From positions 186,001 through 250,000 of IMG/VR virus record IMGVR_UViG_3300033153_013547: a stretch of DNA of 64,000 nt; one strand, written 5' to 3'. The position numbers were made by a program, and so were the translations under genes. The stretch's first letter is position 1. Every line of letters begins with the position of its first letter. The notes below the pieces were generated by a model that saw only the letters and a program-made list of their open reading frames with translations, ran no database searches and was not told where the DNA came from. Positions 1 to 9,799 of the stretch are shown piece by piece.

Positions 1-1
1 G

Positions 2-151
2 CAAAGATATGCTGTTGGACAAGGACTCATGGGAGATATCAATCCTTCTGATGGTACAATATCTATAGTTATTGAAATACAAAGACCCAGTGGGACGTCT
101 TTTGCTACTTATAGTCCATATGTAAAGTATGTAACTATTGGAGGATTTTAG
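2..151 (+). CDS. 3' end of a gene truncated by the window edge (probably structural)
   Basis: Frame 2 is open from base 2 to TAG at 149-151 (QRYAVGQGLMGDINPSDG...YVTIGGF*). Its 3' end contains GGAGG, which serves as RBS for the ATG at 158. Confidence 0.6.
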   Translation, partial: QRYAVGQGLMGDINPSDGTISIVIEIQRPSGTSFATYSPYVKYVTIGGF

Positions 152-157
152 CAGCCA

Positions 158-2041
158 ATGGGTGAAAGAGATAAGCATGCCAATTTTCTATTACGTAAAT
201 CTGCAGAACTTGGTGCAACCCTTGATCTTGACAATATGTTTGACAAAGAACCTGCAGATAATCTTGCAGACACACTGCCTTCTATAAAATCCAATGAACA
301 ATCCTCTCCTGAAAAAATAAATACCATACTGCATAAATTGTGTCGTAGATCCTCAGATGTCCACTTTGATTCCAAAGAATCATATAGATCTATTCTCATG
401 ACCTTTTTGCGCACACAATATGTGTTGAATTCGATTACTGACAAACTTTCTAGTCTAGCTGTTCAAACATCTAATGTTACAACGGTAGATTTCCCATCAT
501 ATGGCACGGAAATTGCGTCTAATGGCATAATAAGCCATAATAAAAAACTAATAATGTCAGGATATGATGTTATATATAGAGACACCCCAATCTTGTCAAA
601 TATAAAGCCAATCATTGGCAACGTGACATCCAGTGATATTGGCTCTGGTTATTTTACCACAACACTAAGCTCCACCATACAAACCAGGCTTGCTGGATCA
701 GTTAGCATAACAACACATAAGCCAATCAATTATTTAGAAATTGAGCTGATCAATCCAGATGTGTCAGTAAGCATATCTGATTCTACAGGCCATCCAATAG
801 AATTCGTAAAATCAGGATACCATATTTTTTGCTTAAACATATTGGATGCAGGAACATATTCAATGACCATTCAGTGTTCTCCCACCAAAATGAGAAATGA
901 ATATGTAGGCATTATAGGCATAAAAAATATCAAAACATCCATGGTCAAATATGACAAAACCAATTCATTTGACTTTTGGATACTCAACAACAACTCTGGC
1001 ATCTATGCCTCCTCAATTACAATACTGAATGAAGGTGTTGTTTCTAATAATAACAATAGCATTCTCATAAATATTCATTTGCCAGATATAGTAGATGAAG
1101 ATATAGTAGCATTACCTAATCAAACCATTAAATTGTATCACAATATTGGATATGAACCCACAATAACTTTAGACACAGACATATACAATTCCAAATACAA
1201 TGTTAATACATTTAGTAACAAGCAAGATATATACAGACACCAGTGGTCTTTGCCTGCAGATTATCCTACTGGATATCCAGCAATAGAATTTACAAAGATC
1301 ATCCCAAGCAGTGGTAGGTGTCTGACTACCCACATGCAAAGCGAAACGGCTGTTGATTTTGATCCTACTTCGATAGATTGGTCAGATGATTCTATTGAAT
1401 CTCGAAGCTTGTTCGGTCATATTCGACAAGAATTCAAATCAGACGATAAGCTCTTTGGTGACGCTGTATTATTTTACATACATAGCCCTTCAGAAGAGTA
1501 TATCAGTTCAAATATCATTGTAACCAATTGTTCTTGTAATGTGTATATCAACGATGAACTAACATCTAGTGCATCATGCAATGATACAACCATTCCAATG
1601 AGTATTGCTGCCAGGATGAAAAAAGACACAATGAACAAGGTTATTATTATGACATCCTATAACTCTACAACTCCTGGAACATCAGAAGTCGACATAAGTG
1701 ACTTCATCAAAATATTTACGGATGATGACAAATATATTGTATCATCACAGCCAGATTTTATCAAACCAATTCCTTTTTACGAATTCATAATCAATACTTA
1801 TCAAGATTCTACTAAATATTGTGGATACAAGATCACAGATGATCGCAAGTTGCAACTATTCTTTAGGCCCGACAGCCTAATTGCTACGAAGCTTCGCATT
1901 GCTTATTATAAGCACCCAATAAAAACAGCAACCATCAATATCGTTATGGACAAAACGTCAAAAGATATTGGCTACGATGATCAATTAAGCAACAACACTG
2001 GCTTGTTGCTATCCAACAACAAATTCATTTTTAATTGGTAA
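158..2041 (+). CDS. putative virion structural (baseplate-region) protein, 627 aa
   Basis: Long ORF with GGAGG RBS, beta-rich S/T/N/D/I composition, in a co-oriented cluster of large genes; function inferred from context only. Confidence 0.55.
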   Translation: MGERDKHANFLLRKSAELGATLDLDNMFDKEPADNLADTLPSIKSNEQSSPEKINTILHKLCRRSSDVHFDSKESYRSILMTFLRTQYVLNSITDKLSSLAVQTSNVTTVDFPSYGTEIASNGIISHNKKLIMSGYDVIYRDTPILSNIKPIIGNVTSSDIGSGYFTTTLSSTIQTRLAGSVSITTHKPINYLEIELINPDVSVSISDSTGHPIEFVKSGYHIFCLNILDAGTYSMTIQCSPTKMRNEYVGIIGIKNIKTSMVKYDKTNSFDFWILNNNSGIYASSITILNEGVVSNNNNSILINIHLPDIVDEDIVALPNQTIKLYHNIGYEPTITLDTDIYNSKYNVNTFSNKQDIYRHQWSLPADYPTGYPAIEFTKIIPSSGRCLTTHMQSETAVDFDPTSIDWSDDSIESRSLFGHIRQEFKSDDKLFGDAVLFYIHSPSEEYISSNIIVTNCSCNVYINDELTSSASCNDTTIPMSIAARMKKDTMNKVIIMTSYNSTTPGTSEVDISDFIKIFTDDDKYIVSSQPDFIKPIPFYEFIINTYQDSTKYCGYKITDDRKLQLFFRPDSLIATKLRIAYYKHPIKTATINIVMDKTSKDIGYDDQLSNNTGLLLSNNKFIFNW

Positions 2042-3174
2042 CAATTATGGCAATAACAATACTTTCTCCCAAAAATAATAGTACTACAAACTATCTTAGG
2101 ATTTTTGGCACTGCTGATGCCCAATCTATAGATTTACAAATTGGTGCTGAGATTGTCAAACAAGTTCATGTTGATTCTCAAGGCAAATGGGAAGTATCCA
2201 TATCATCTGACTCCTTGTCTAGTGGATATTATTCAATCATGGCTACAGATGGCACAGATATTCATTCTATCAACATTAAATTTGACAAAACACAGCCTGC
2301 TTCTCCTACATTATATGTATACAGAGAATCTCCTACACAAATAATTGTTTATGGCTTGTCAGAACCAGGATCAAAGATTGTGCTATCAGATGGTGAATTT
2401 CTATATGCTCTAGAAAAACCAGTGGAAGAATCTGGTATGTTTAGATTTTATTATACTCTAACCAAGCCTCTTGTCAAAATATCTGCTCAAGCACAGGATC
2501 CAACTGGTAATACCAGTGAATTGGGAGATTCTATTACTCTTATGTTGGATGATTATTTAGATACTTATGAACCAATCTATGACATCTTCCCTATTCATAG
2601 AATGTATCATAAAGGGGCACTAAATAGTGATAAAACTAATGACCTGTTTGGATCCATGCAAAACACCATGGACACCATGAATGAAGCCATGGATTTTAGC
2701 AGAGCATTGTCAAATATTACAAATAATGAAATTGATGCTACTATGACACATGTGGCATATCAATTCAATCAATTTGATTTTGCGTTTGATCAAGAGATTC
2801 TTTGTAACAATGTGTTTGCCAACATAGAGCAAGAAATAACTGCACTTATATCATTAGATCTGGACTTTAGTCCTGAAATAATATCTGCCCCCATAAAAAA
2901 CATATATCTTTTATTATATTTGAGATCAGAATTGGAAACACCCACAACGCTAGATCTAAATATTATATCTGGTGGAACAATCCGCAAAAAGATCACTATA
3001 GAGACTAATAACTCATATCAGCATAAGGCTATTGATATAACTAATCTTGTCATTGGAAATTTGCTTGGATCAAGTGATTTTTCTATTCTATTACAGCCTG
3101 TTACAGGTAGCGCTAATATATGTTCGGGTGATCAATTAAAGCCAAGGCTGTTGATCAACTATCTAGCCATGTAG
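2035..3174 (+). CDS. Ig-like domain-containing virion protein (likely start ATG 2047)
   Basis: Bacterial Ig-like signatures ITILSPKNNS...IFGTAD, DKTQPASPTL, GLSEPGSKI, AQDPTGNTSE. Confidence 0.6.
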   Translation: MVTIMAITILSPKNNSTTNYLRIFGTADAQSIDLQIGAEIVKQVHVDSQGKWEVSISSDSLSSGYYSIMATDGTDIHSINIKFDKTQPASPTLYVYRESPTQIIVYGLSEPGSKIVLSDGEFLYALEKPVEESGMFRFYYTLTKPLVKISAQAQDPTGNTSELGDSITLMLDDYLDTYEPIYDIFPIHRMYHKGALNSDKTNDLFGSMQNTMDTMNEAMDFSRALSNITNNEIDATMTHVAYQFNQFDFAFDQEILCNNVFANIEQEITALISLDLDFSPEIISAPIKNIYLLLYLRSELETPTTLDLNIISGGTIRKKITIETNNSYQHKAIDITNLVIGNLLGSSDFSILLQPVTGSANICSGDQLKPRLLINYLAM

Positions 3175-3184
3175 GTGGTTTGCT

Positions 3185-4201
3185 GTGAAAACACACATAA
3201 AAACAATAATTGCCAAAGGAAAGGTTGATTCCTCTGCATACAACCAACTAATAGAAGATTCTGTTGGTGATTTATATGACATGCGTCTAGACATTGACGA
3301 ATTGCTTGCTACAACTAAAGCCCGTTACATAACATCTAATATCAACACTATCACACAAAATGGTATGTTGAACAATATCAATTCATTACTAACTGAAAGC
3401 TTGCTAAAGCCAAGGTATTCTATTATTCGTCCTTACATAACCAAGGGGGCACCATTGATTGGTGGGAATAGCTATGATATTATCTCGCTATCTTCAAGTG
3501 TTTTCCCGGACTATGGCGTTATCACGCCCCCACTATTATCAACTATTACAAAGTTACCCAATCCAGAAAGTGCTGAATATCAACTCAGCTACACTGACTT
3601 GTCTGCCCTTGTCGTTGGCAAGCCACACCTGGCTGTTAGAAACACAGGATGGATAGCAAGCATGGATGAATCTGACAGAACAGATATTGTTCTTACAATC
3701 AGCATTGATCAAGATAGTATTACAAATTTATCTTCTAACACCATAGAAGTTTATCCTCTGATGAATTCATCCATTAGTTCAATATCTGTGATAACCAATG
3801 ATGGCACAGAACAAGTGATAGCCACCAATGTTAATAGAAATGCTTTACTTCCATTTATAGAACAGGAAGTGTCTGCAGTCAAGATGGTGTTTAGTGCTGA
3901 TGATTACTTGGCTTACAATGGAACAGCCTATACTGGACTAAAGCATTTTGATCTTAAAAAGAACATATATGGAGATACTGGGGTTTTTCAAATAGATTTT
4001 GCAAATGCCACTTCTGTTGTGTCAGTTGATACATACCTACAAGGATTTGATAGCAACTATGAACTGACTGAAGAACTATCTTCAACATCAGAAAATATTG
4101 CTTATGAATTCGTATCAAACAACATTGTTCTCAGATTTGGGGTATTAGATACTGAAACTGGCGTCCCAAGACTTATCAGATATTTAAAAGTAAAGCGTTA
4201 A
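3185..4201 (+). CDS. putative structural protein, 338 aa
   Basis: GTG start with AGGTGG RBS; N-terminal helical segment then beta-rich region; structural-cluster context. Confidence 0.5.
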   Translation: MKTHIKTIIAKGKVDSSAYNQLIEDSVGDLYDMRLDIDELLATTKARYITSNINTITQNGMLNNINSLLTESLLKPRYSIIRPYITKGAPLIGGNSYDIISLSSSVFPDYGVITPPLLSTITKLPNPESAEYQLSYTDLSALVVGKPHLAVRNTGWIASMDESDRTDIVLTISIDQDSITNLSSNTIEVYPLMNSSISSISVITNDGTEQVIATNVNRNALLPFIEQEVSAVKMVFSADDYLAYNGTAYTGLKHFDLKKNIYGDTGVFQIDFANATSVVSVDTYLQGFDSNYELTEELSSTSENIAYEFVSNNIVLRFGVLDTETGVPRLIRYLKVKR

Positions 4202-4291
4202 AGCATAACCTTGTCTTTTCTTGCAATAATTTTCAAAAAAGCCATGGTTACCAAAAACTAACTGAAGACAAAAAAGGATTAGCACTCTCTA

Positions 4292-7200
4292 ATGACTGAT
4301 TTTAGAGAAACAAAATCGCTATTAGCATCAATAGGATCATCTATTGGACAAGCCGATCTATACGAAAGATCCGAATACGTGCGCGAAGATATGACAAGTA
4401 GCAATATGAGACTATCGCTGCTTAGAAGAATCTGGGACACAGATATATTTGGATCCTTCCCATTTGATAGTATCACTGACAATACAACAGACTCATTGGT
4501 AGAAGATGGTAAAAAACTATTATCCATCTATTTCTCAGACATAATAAAAGCAGTACTTGATATAGATTATGGTCTTGTGACCATGTCTAATAGTATAGAC
4601 AAATTGCTCAATGAACGTATAGGTATCAGCCAAATTTCTGATGAAACCAATGAAATTAAATACACTTCTGGCAAATATTTGGTTTCTTATCACAAAGCCA
4701 TACACAATCTGAGCAGCTTTGGTGAAGATACTGATTTCAGGATACATAGTGATTACCAAACTTGGGCAATGCATGGGCCACAAGGTAAAACTTGGTCTGC
4801 AATAAAGCCTACACACCTTTCTTGGTCTATAACATCATTGGTGCATAATACCAGTGCTAAAACAATCACCTTCAACCTGCCAGCCAGTATTGCCGCAGGA
4901 TGTAACTTAGACATAGATGGCGGTCTTGTGGGATTGTTTGTGTCTGCCAATATTGGTGGATCAGAAACATTTAGAATTACAAATTATATTGCAGGAGAAA
5001 ATGAAGGCGATATATGTACAATCACTTATACGGACGGCATACTTGGAATCTCTAATGGCGATGTTTTTTACATAGGACTTAGAGATAGTGCATCACGCTA
5101 TGTTTCAGAAAAATTCTGCAACGATCTCGGTTTACCCCAATATTATTGGATGTACGCAGCATCTGACAGCGGAGTATCTTTATCATCTATCACCGATGTT
5201 ATCAATTATACCAACCAAATGTTGTTGATTTATGAACCAATAATAACAAGGTTAGAAAACGCATTAGGATCCAAAGAATGGAGGGGATCCACACTCAGTA
5301 ACAAAAACATACTGGAACATTATGAATACATAAGAAGCAAAATAACAAACGTCTTGGTTCCTGTTATAATGGGCAACGCCTATTATCCAGGTCTAACTGA
5401 ATGCAGAGATGATCTCATCAATTTCAACACATATGGTTATATTGTCCCAGCAGATCCTGCAATAGATGCAATTTCAAATAGTGATCCACCATACTACGCA
5501 AATCCACAAGATGCCTGGGTTCCTGGTGGGCTTTTCAATTTTCTTACCAATACATATTCTGGTTTCAGCACAATATTTAGAATATTATTGGGCACTGATG
5601 TTGCCTTGAAAAGCACCATAATGCCAGGAACATATGAGTTTGATACATTTTATGGGGACTTCATTCTAAATGGTTATTCAACCACAAGCATTGGGAAAAA
5701 TGCTGGACTATATTTCAAGATAAAAGACTTACTTACATATGGATATGTTGATGAATTTGGTAGGCTTTCCTTTATAGATACACTAAATGTCCTATCTGAA
5801 CAATGTAAAAGCTTACTGGCAATGAATACTTTTACCAACACCAACATTACAGACACCACACTACTTACAGATAAGATAAAAACCAATGCATTAGCCCTAC
5901 AAACAGTGAATGACACATTTGGTGCTGCTAAATCATATGTTTCTGATATAAATGTTGCTACCAACACCATTGGTGTTCCCTATGACAATTTTGCAATAAA
6001 GCAGAATAGTCTTATTTCTAAACTCAACTCAATTGCTGCTAAACTTAGATATTTGAGAGTCACTTCATTTGGTTTTGGTGATGCCAATTCTTTCGTTCCA
6101 TCAGGAGCAGTCTCTGGATCTGTTGGATCAGACTTTGGGACTGTTTTACCCCTTTCTATTCCTTACTTTATCCAGTGGAAAATGTATGATGATATAGATG
6201 GCAGAAAACTGTGGGCACCAGAATACGAACATGGATTCCAGCCAACTAATAATCGAGCCCTCGTAGTCAAAGCCCTTCAATTGCCAGCAAATGATGAGGA
6301 TCCTGTTCAGAAACGTGATATAGCCGAATATGATATAGCCGAACGCGAACTTGCCTGCGTCAAATATATGAACGTTGAAACATCGGGCTTTGGATCTGTG
6401 AGCGGAGACTACAACGGACTATATCTAAAAGAACAACGTGGCGCAGAAGCGCTCACCAGGTATTATAAGATTGTATCTCATATCATATGGGGTGAGGATA
6501 ACATAAAGTTTGGATATCTATATCTCAACCCAGGGTTTGGCACGGGTGACGATGAAGATGTTCCTCAAACAAATAGCACATATTCTATTGTCACAACTTT
6601 TCCCCATGAGTTCTTAAGATCAAGCACTTCCCTAACTCCAGTTCCACAAAGACCAGCCATATCCAAGCATTTTAGAATTCTTCCTCTAAATTACAATAAC
6701 TGGTCTGAGTTCAATGATAGAGCCACACATCACTTACGTGATGATAAGGATAATTATAATATTGATCCATATTTTGACAGCACTTTCAGTTTGGCTAACC
6801 TGCAAAACAACTCCATAGCCATCAACAATGCCTGTATTGTTTTCAACATTCCCAGCCAGAGAGCTGTGGGAGATTTCAATGCCCAGTTGCTCAATGTATA
6901 TTTTGATCAACGTAATTTGCTACCATTAACTGCACAGTTTATGCAGCCAGCAGGTGCTGGGGGCTTTGATCATCATGATTCATCTGTCTGGGCAGGAATA
7001 GGTGTGGATGGTGATGATCTCCCTAGTGCTTTTCATAATATTAAACCATATAGAACCCAAATAGGAGATAATCCAGATTCTAATCCATATTACTATAAGA
7101 CATATTTGAACAATGCCCTAATGGAAACATATGATGATAGTGCCCCTTCTTTCATGACCCAATCACTTATTGCAGAAATTTCCCAAACCAAAACATGGGA

Positions 7201-9799
7201 TGAAACATATTTCTCCCCACCAATGTCTAGTACTTCATCTGCTGATGATTATTATAGGCTCTATGATCCTGCAAGTGCCATCAAATTTGATTATTTGCCA
7301 GGAAATGTCAATGTTCGTTCTGATTCTGACAATGATCCAGCAGATTATACGTTAGAAAATTATCCCATATTTTCTATTGATCATGCCTGTACCATAAATG
7401 AAGCAGACAATGATGGATATGTGAGATCACATGATCCACCTGGCAAGGCTATTGGTTCAATAATAATATCCAACAATTTGGTCTATTATGCATCTATCAT
7501 ATACCCATCAGATGGTAGTGGAGAAACATATTTTTCCATAAAGAAAATCATTGATCCCAATCTGTATGTTCAGCCTCAATTTGGATTTGTTGCAATAGCC
7601 CCCAATGGATTTGGAACATTTGATACTAACACCACTACTGGTGGGGATCAAAAGTGGGATAGCAGTGAATGTTATTATTATCTTGTGCTTGCTGACAATA
7701 ATGACGGAGATCCTATCGTCCGTTACATCAATTTAGGACTTGTTTCTAATATATGCAGTGCAGAATCCTATGAAATCAATGCTTATCAAGTCTATGCTAT
7801 CCACTTGAAGCAATCTCTAAGCATAACTACAGGTAATTGGGAATTCTTTGGACTAGACTATAATGGATCAAGCACTCCCATTCTGTTCTATGACTTCCGT
7901 AGAGGTGGTTTCAATGGCTATTTAGACGATGAGAGGTCGTTTAGAATATGGGTGGGCATAAAAAGCATCAAATCAGGAGATACTGATGAGCCTAATTATC
8001 AAATTGCTTATTCTACAAGACAGAATCCCTTCCAGTTCTCTCAACTATTGATAGATCTTGACAATGTAAATAACACAGAAGACAATCTTGTTCCTTGGTC
8101 TATGGCATCTACTAAGGTAGAGATATGGCATGATAGTGATGGGGACGAGTTTACCATCTCAGACGGTGAATCTGGCAGCATTGACTATCTCGAATCTGCC
8201 ACTATAAAAGTCACTGTTCCCCCAGGTGGCAACCAATATAACGGCAAACTTGCAATGATCAATGATGTTCTGGTTATTATAAAAGTCAGTCAATTTGCTA
8301 ATTCTCAATTTATTGTGCAAAACATAGATCCAAGACTTAGAACAATGAGTTGGGCTGTTGGGGAAAAGATACATATACTTAGAGATCTGAGGCATTATGT
8401 TGTTCCTGCTACTACGTTTTCTCTATCCACAGCATTATCTACAAACATAACTCTTAGTAGTACGGGGACTAGAAGTGCAGTTATAATAGGCCGAAACATT
8501 GAGTTAAGTGATCTAATGGACGATGGATATTTGGGCAACGTACCCAACAGTCTTGTTGGGTGTCTGTTGGTATTGCACAATGAAAAGGGTGAGACAGATA
8601 GCCATCTTATAACTTATAATTCTGCAATTAGTGCTGGTCCTGACAGCACCATGACACTAAACCTTGATTCTACAATAGATGGAAAATTTCCTGTGGAAAT
8701 TGGAGATATGGGCAAACACTATAAAACACATTGTTCTATATTTACCACCTTTCATGATGGCTCTTATAATTTAGGTCACCTAATCAATAATCACTCACAC
8801 AACTATCCAGATCAATCTCAGTTGTTAAGCCAGTTTGATCTATACATAACTTCCAACAAAAGAATATTCAGGCTAAGCCCCACTACTGGCTTCAGGACCA
8901 CAGCAGCAGGCTCACATGGACATTATTTCACAGACGACACCACATTTGGTGATAGTGTAAAGGATCAATATGAAATAGTGGGGCCAATTATTACCAATGA
9001 TGACTACTTTGACAGTATTGAAATATTCAATATGGCCACTGCCAGATCATCAACAGATTTGGACAATAAACTAACTTGTAATGCCCCCTGTTTGTTTGCT
9101 TATAATCTAAATAGTGGTGGATCAGCAGTATATGAACTTCCTGTTTTCAAAATGGTAGACTATACGAGTCTAATCAATCCACCTGCTAATGGCATTCATG
9201 ATTTCATCTTCTATGTAGATCATGAAGCACCAGCAAGTAATTATCCAAAACCCTATACGGCTATCACTAATATATTTATCAACGGTAACACAATAGACAC
9301 TGGCATAATACAACATAATTTTCAAGGACATACTGGTAATTTTGAGAGCAATATTGATTTTGATCTGTTCTCCATAGGTTCTGCAGAAACTCAAGATCTA
9401 TTGCTTGATCACATTGAAACAGAAATTAATCAACTTACTGGTGACCAGTGGGATAAGGCAAAATTGAGTTCTGTCAGAAAAGGAGTGGCCAATTTAGCAA
9501 CCAAACGTTATGGTATCAATGAAGTTCCAGCAGCAGATGGTGGCATAACATTTAGAGCTAATAGAATAACAGAGAGAAATGAAACAGCAATCAATATGAC
9601 ACTTGGAGATGTTGCTGTCTCACCATATGGAGCACAAAATGTTGCTTCCATAGGTGTAATAAAACGTGACACCAACCTTGTTCACAGTAGAACTATGATT
9701 TCTAAATCAGCAGGTACACTAAAACTAACTGCTGGAGAAGCCCAAGACATTTGGGGCTATCTATTTGTAAAATCTAACTTGTCTGAGTTATTTGAATAA
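4292..9799 (+). CDS. giant putative virion/tail-associated protein, 1835 aa (paralogue A)
   Basis: Uninterrupted 5.5 kb ORF; shares LLxRIW...DxxxAVLDxD motif with the next two genes. Confidence 0.6.
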   Translation: MTDFRETKSLLASIGSSIGQADLYERSEYVREDMTSSNMRLSLLRRIWDTDIFGSFPFDSITDNTTDSLVEDGKKLLSIYFSDIIKAVLDIDYGLVTMSNSIDKLLNERIGISQISDETNEIKYTSGKYLVSYHKAIHNLSSFGEDTDFRIHSDYQTWAMHGPQGKTWSAIKPTHLSWSITSLVHNTSAKTITFNLPASIAAGCNLDIDGGLVGLFVSANIGGSETFRITNYIAGENEGDICTITYTDGILGISNGDVFYIGLRDSASRYVSEKFCNDLGLPQYYWMYAASDSGVSLSSITDVINYTNQMLLIYEPIITRLENALGSKEWRGSTLSNKNILEHYEYIRSKITNVLVPVIMGNAYYPGLTECRDDLINFNTYGYIVPADPAIDAISNSDPPYYANPQDAWVPGGLFNFLTNTYSGFSTIFRILLGTDVALKSTIMPGTYEFDTFYGDFILNGYSTTSIGKNAGLYFKIKDLLTYGYVDEFGRLSFIDTLNVLSEQCKSLLAMNTFTNTNITDTTLLTDKIKTNALALQTVNDTFGAAKSYVSDINVATNTIGVPYDNFAIKQNSLISKLNSIAAKLRYLRVTSFGFGDANSFVPSGAVSGSVGSDFGTVLPLSIPYFIQWKMYDDIDGRKLWAPEYEHGFQPTNNRALVVKALQLPANDEDPVQKRDIAEYDIAERELACVKYMNVETSGFGSVSGDYNGLYLKEQRGAEALTRYYKIVSHIIWGEDNIKFGYLYLNPGFGTGDDEDVPQTNSTYSIVTTFPHEFLRSSTSLTPVPQRPAISKHFRILPLNYNNWSEFNDRATHHLRDDKDNYNIDPYFDSTFSLANLQNNSIAINNACIVFNIPSQRAVGDFNAQLLNVYFDQRNLLPLTAQFMQPAGAGGFDHHDSSVWAGIGVDGDDLPSAFHNIKPYRTQIGDNPDSNPYYYKTYLNNALMETYDDSAPSFMTQSLIAEISQTKTWDETYFSPPMSSTSSADDYYRLYDPASAIKFDYLPGNVNVRSDSDNDPADYTLENYPIFSIDHACTINEADNDGYVRSHDPPGKAIGSIIISNNLVYYASIIYPSDGSGETYFSIKKIIDPNLYVQPQFGFVAIAPNGFGTFDTNTTTGGDQKWDSSECYYYLVLADNNDGDPIVRYINLGLVSNICSAESYEINAYQVYAIHLKQSLSITTGNWEFFGLDYNGSSTPILFYDFRRGGFNGYLDDERSFRIWVGIKSIKSGDTDEPNYQIAYSTRQNPFQFSQLLIDLDNVNNTEDNLVPWSMASTKVEIWHDSDGDEFTISDGESGSIDYLESATIKVTVPPGGNQYNGKLAMINDVLVIIKVSQFANSQFIVQNIDPRLRTMSWAVGEKIHILRDLRHYVVPATTFSLSTALSTNITLSSTGTRSAVIIGRNIELSDLMDDGYLGNVPNSLVGCLLVLHNEKGETDSHLITYNSAISAGPDSTMTLNLDSTIDGKFPVEIGDMGKHYKTHCSIFTTFHDGSYNLGHLINNHSHNYPDQSQLLSQFDLYITSNKRIFRLSPTTGFRTTAAGSHGHYFTDDTTFGDSVKDQYEIVGPIITNDDYFDSIEIFNMATARSSTDLDNKLTCNAPCLFAYNLNSGGSAVYELPVFKMVDYTSLINPPANGIHDFIFYVDHEAPASNYPKPYTAITNIFINGNTIDTGIIQHNFQGHTGNFESNIDFDLFSIGSAETQDLLLDHIETEINQLTGDQWDKAKLSSVRKGVANLATKRYGINEVPAADGGITFRANRITERNETAINMTLGDVAVSPYGAQNVASIGVIKRDTNLVHSRTMISKSAGTLKLTAGEAQDIWGYLFVKSNLSELFE

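Noticed and set aside
6316-6343. Tandem repeat tgatatagccgaa x2
   Set aside because: A short in-frame duplication (DIAEYDIAE) with no further copies.
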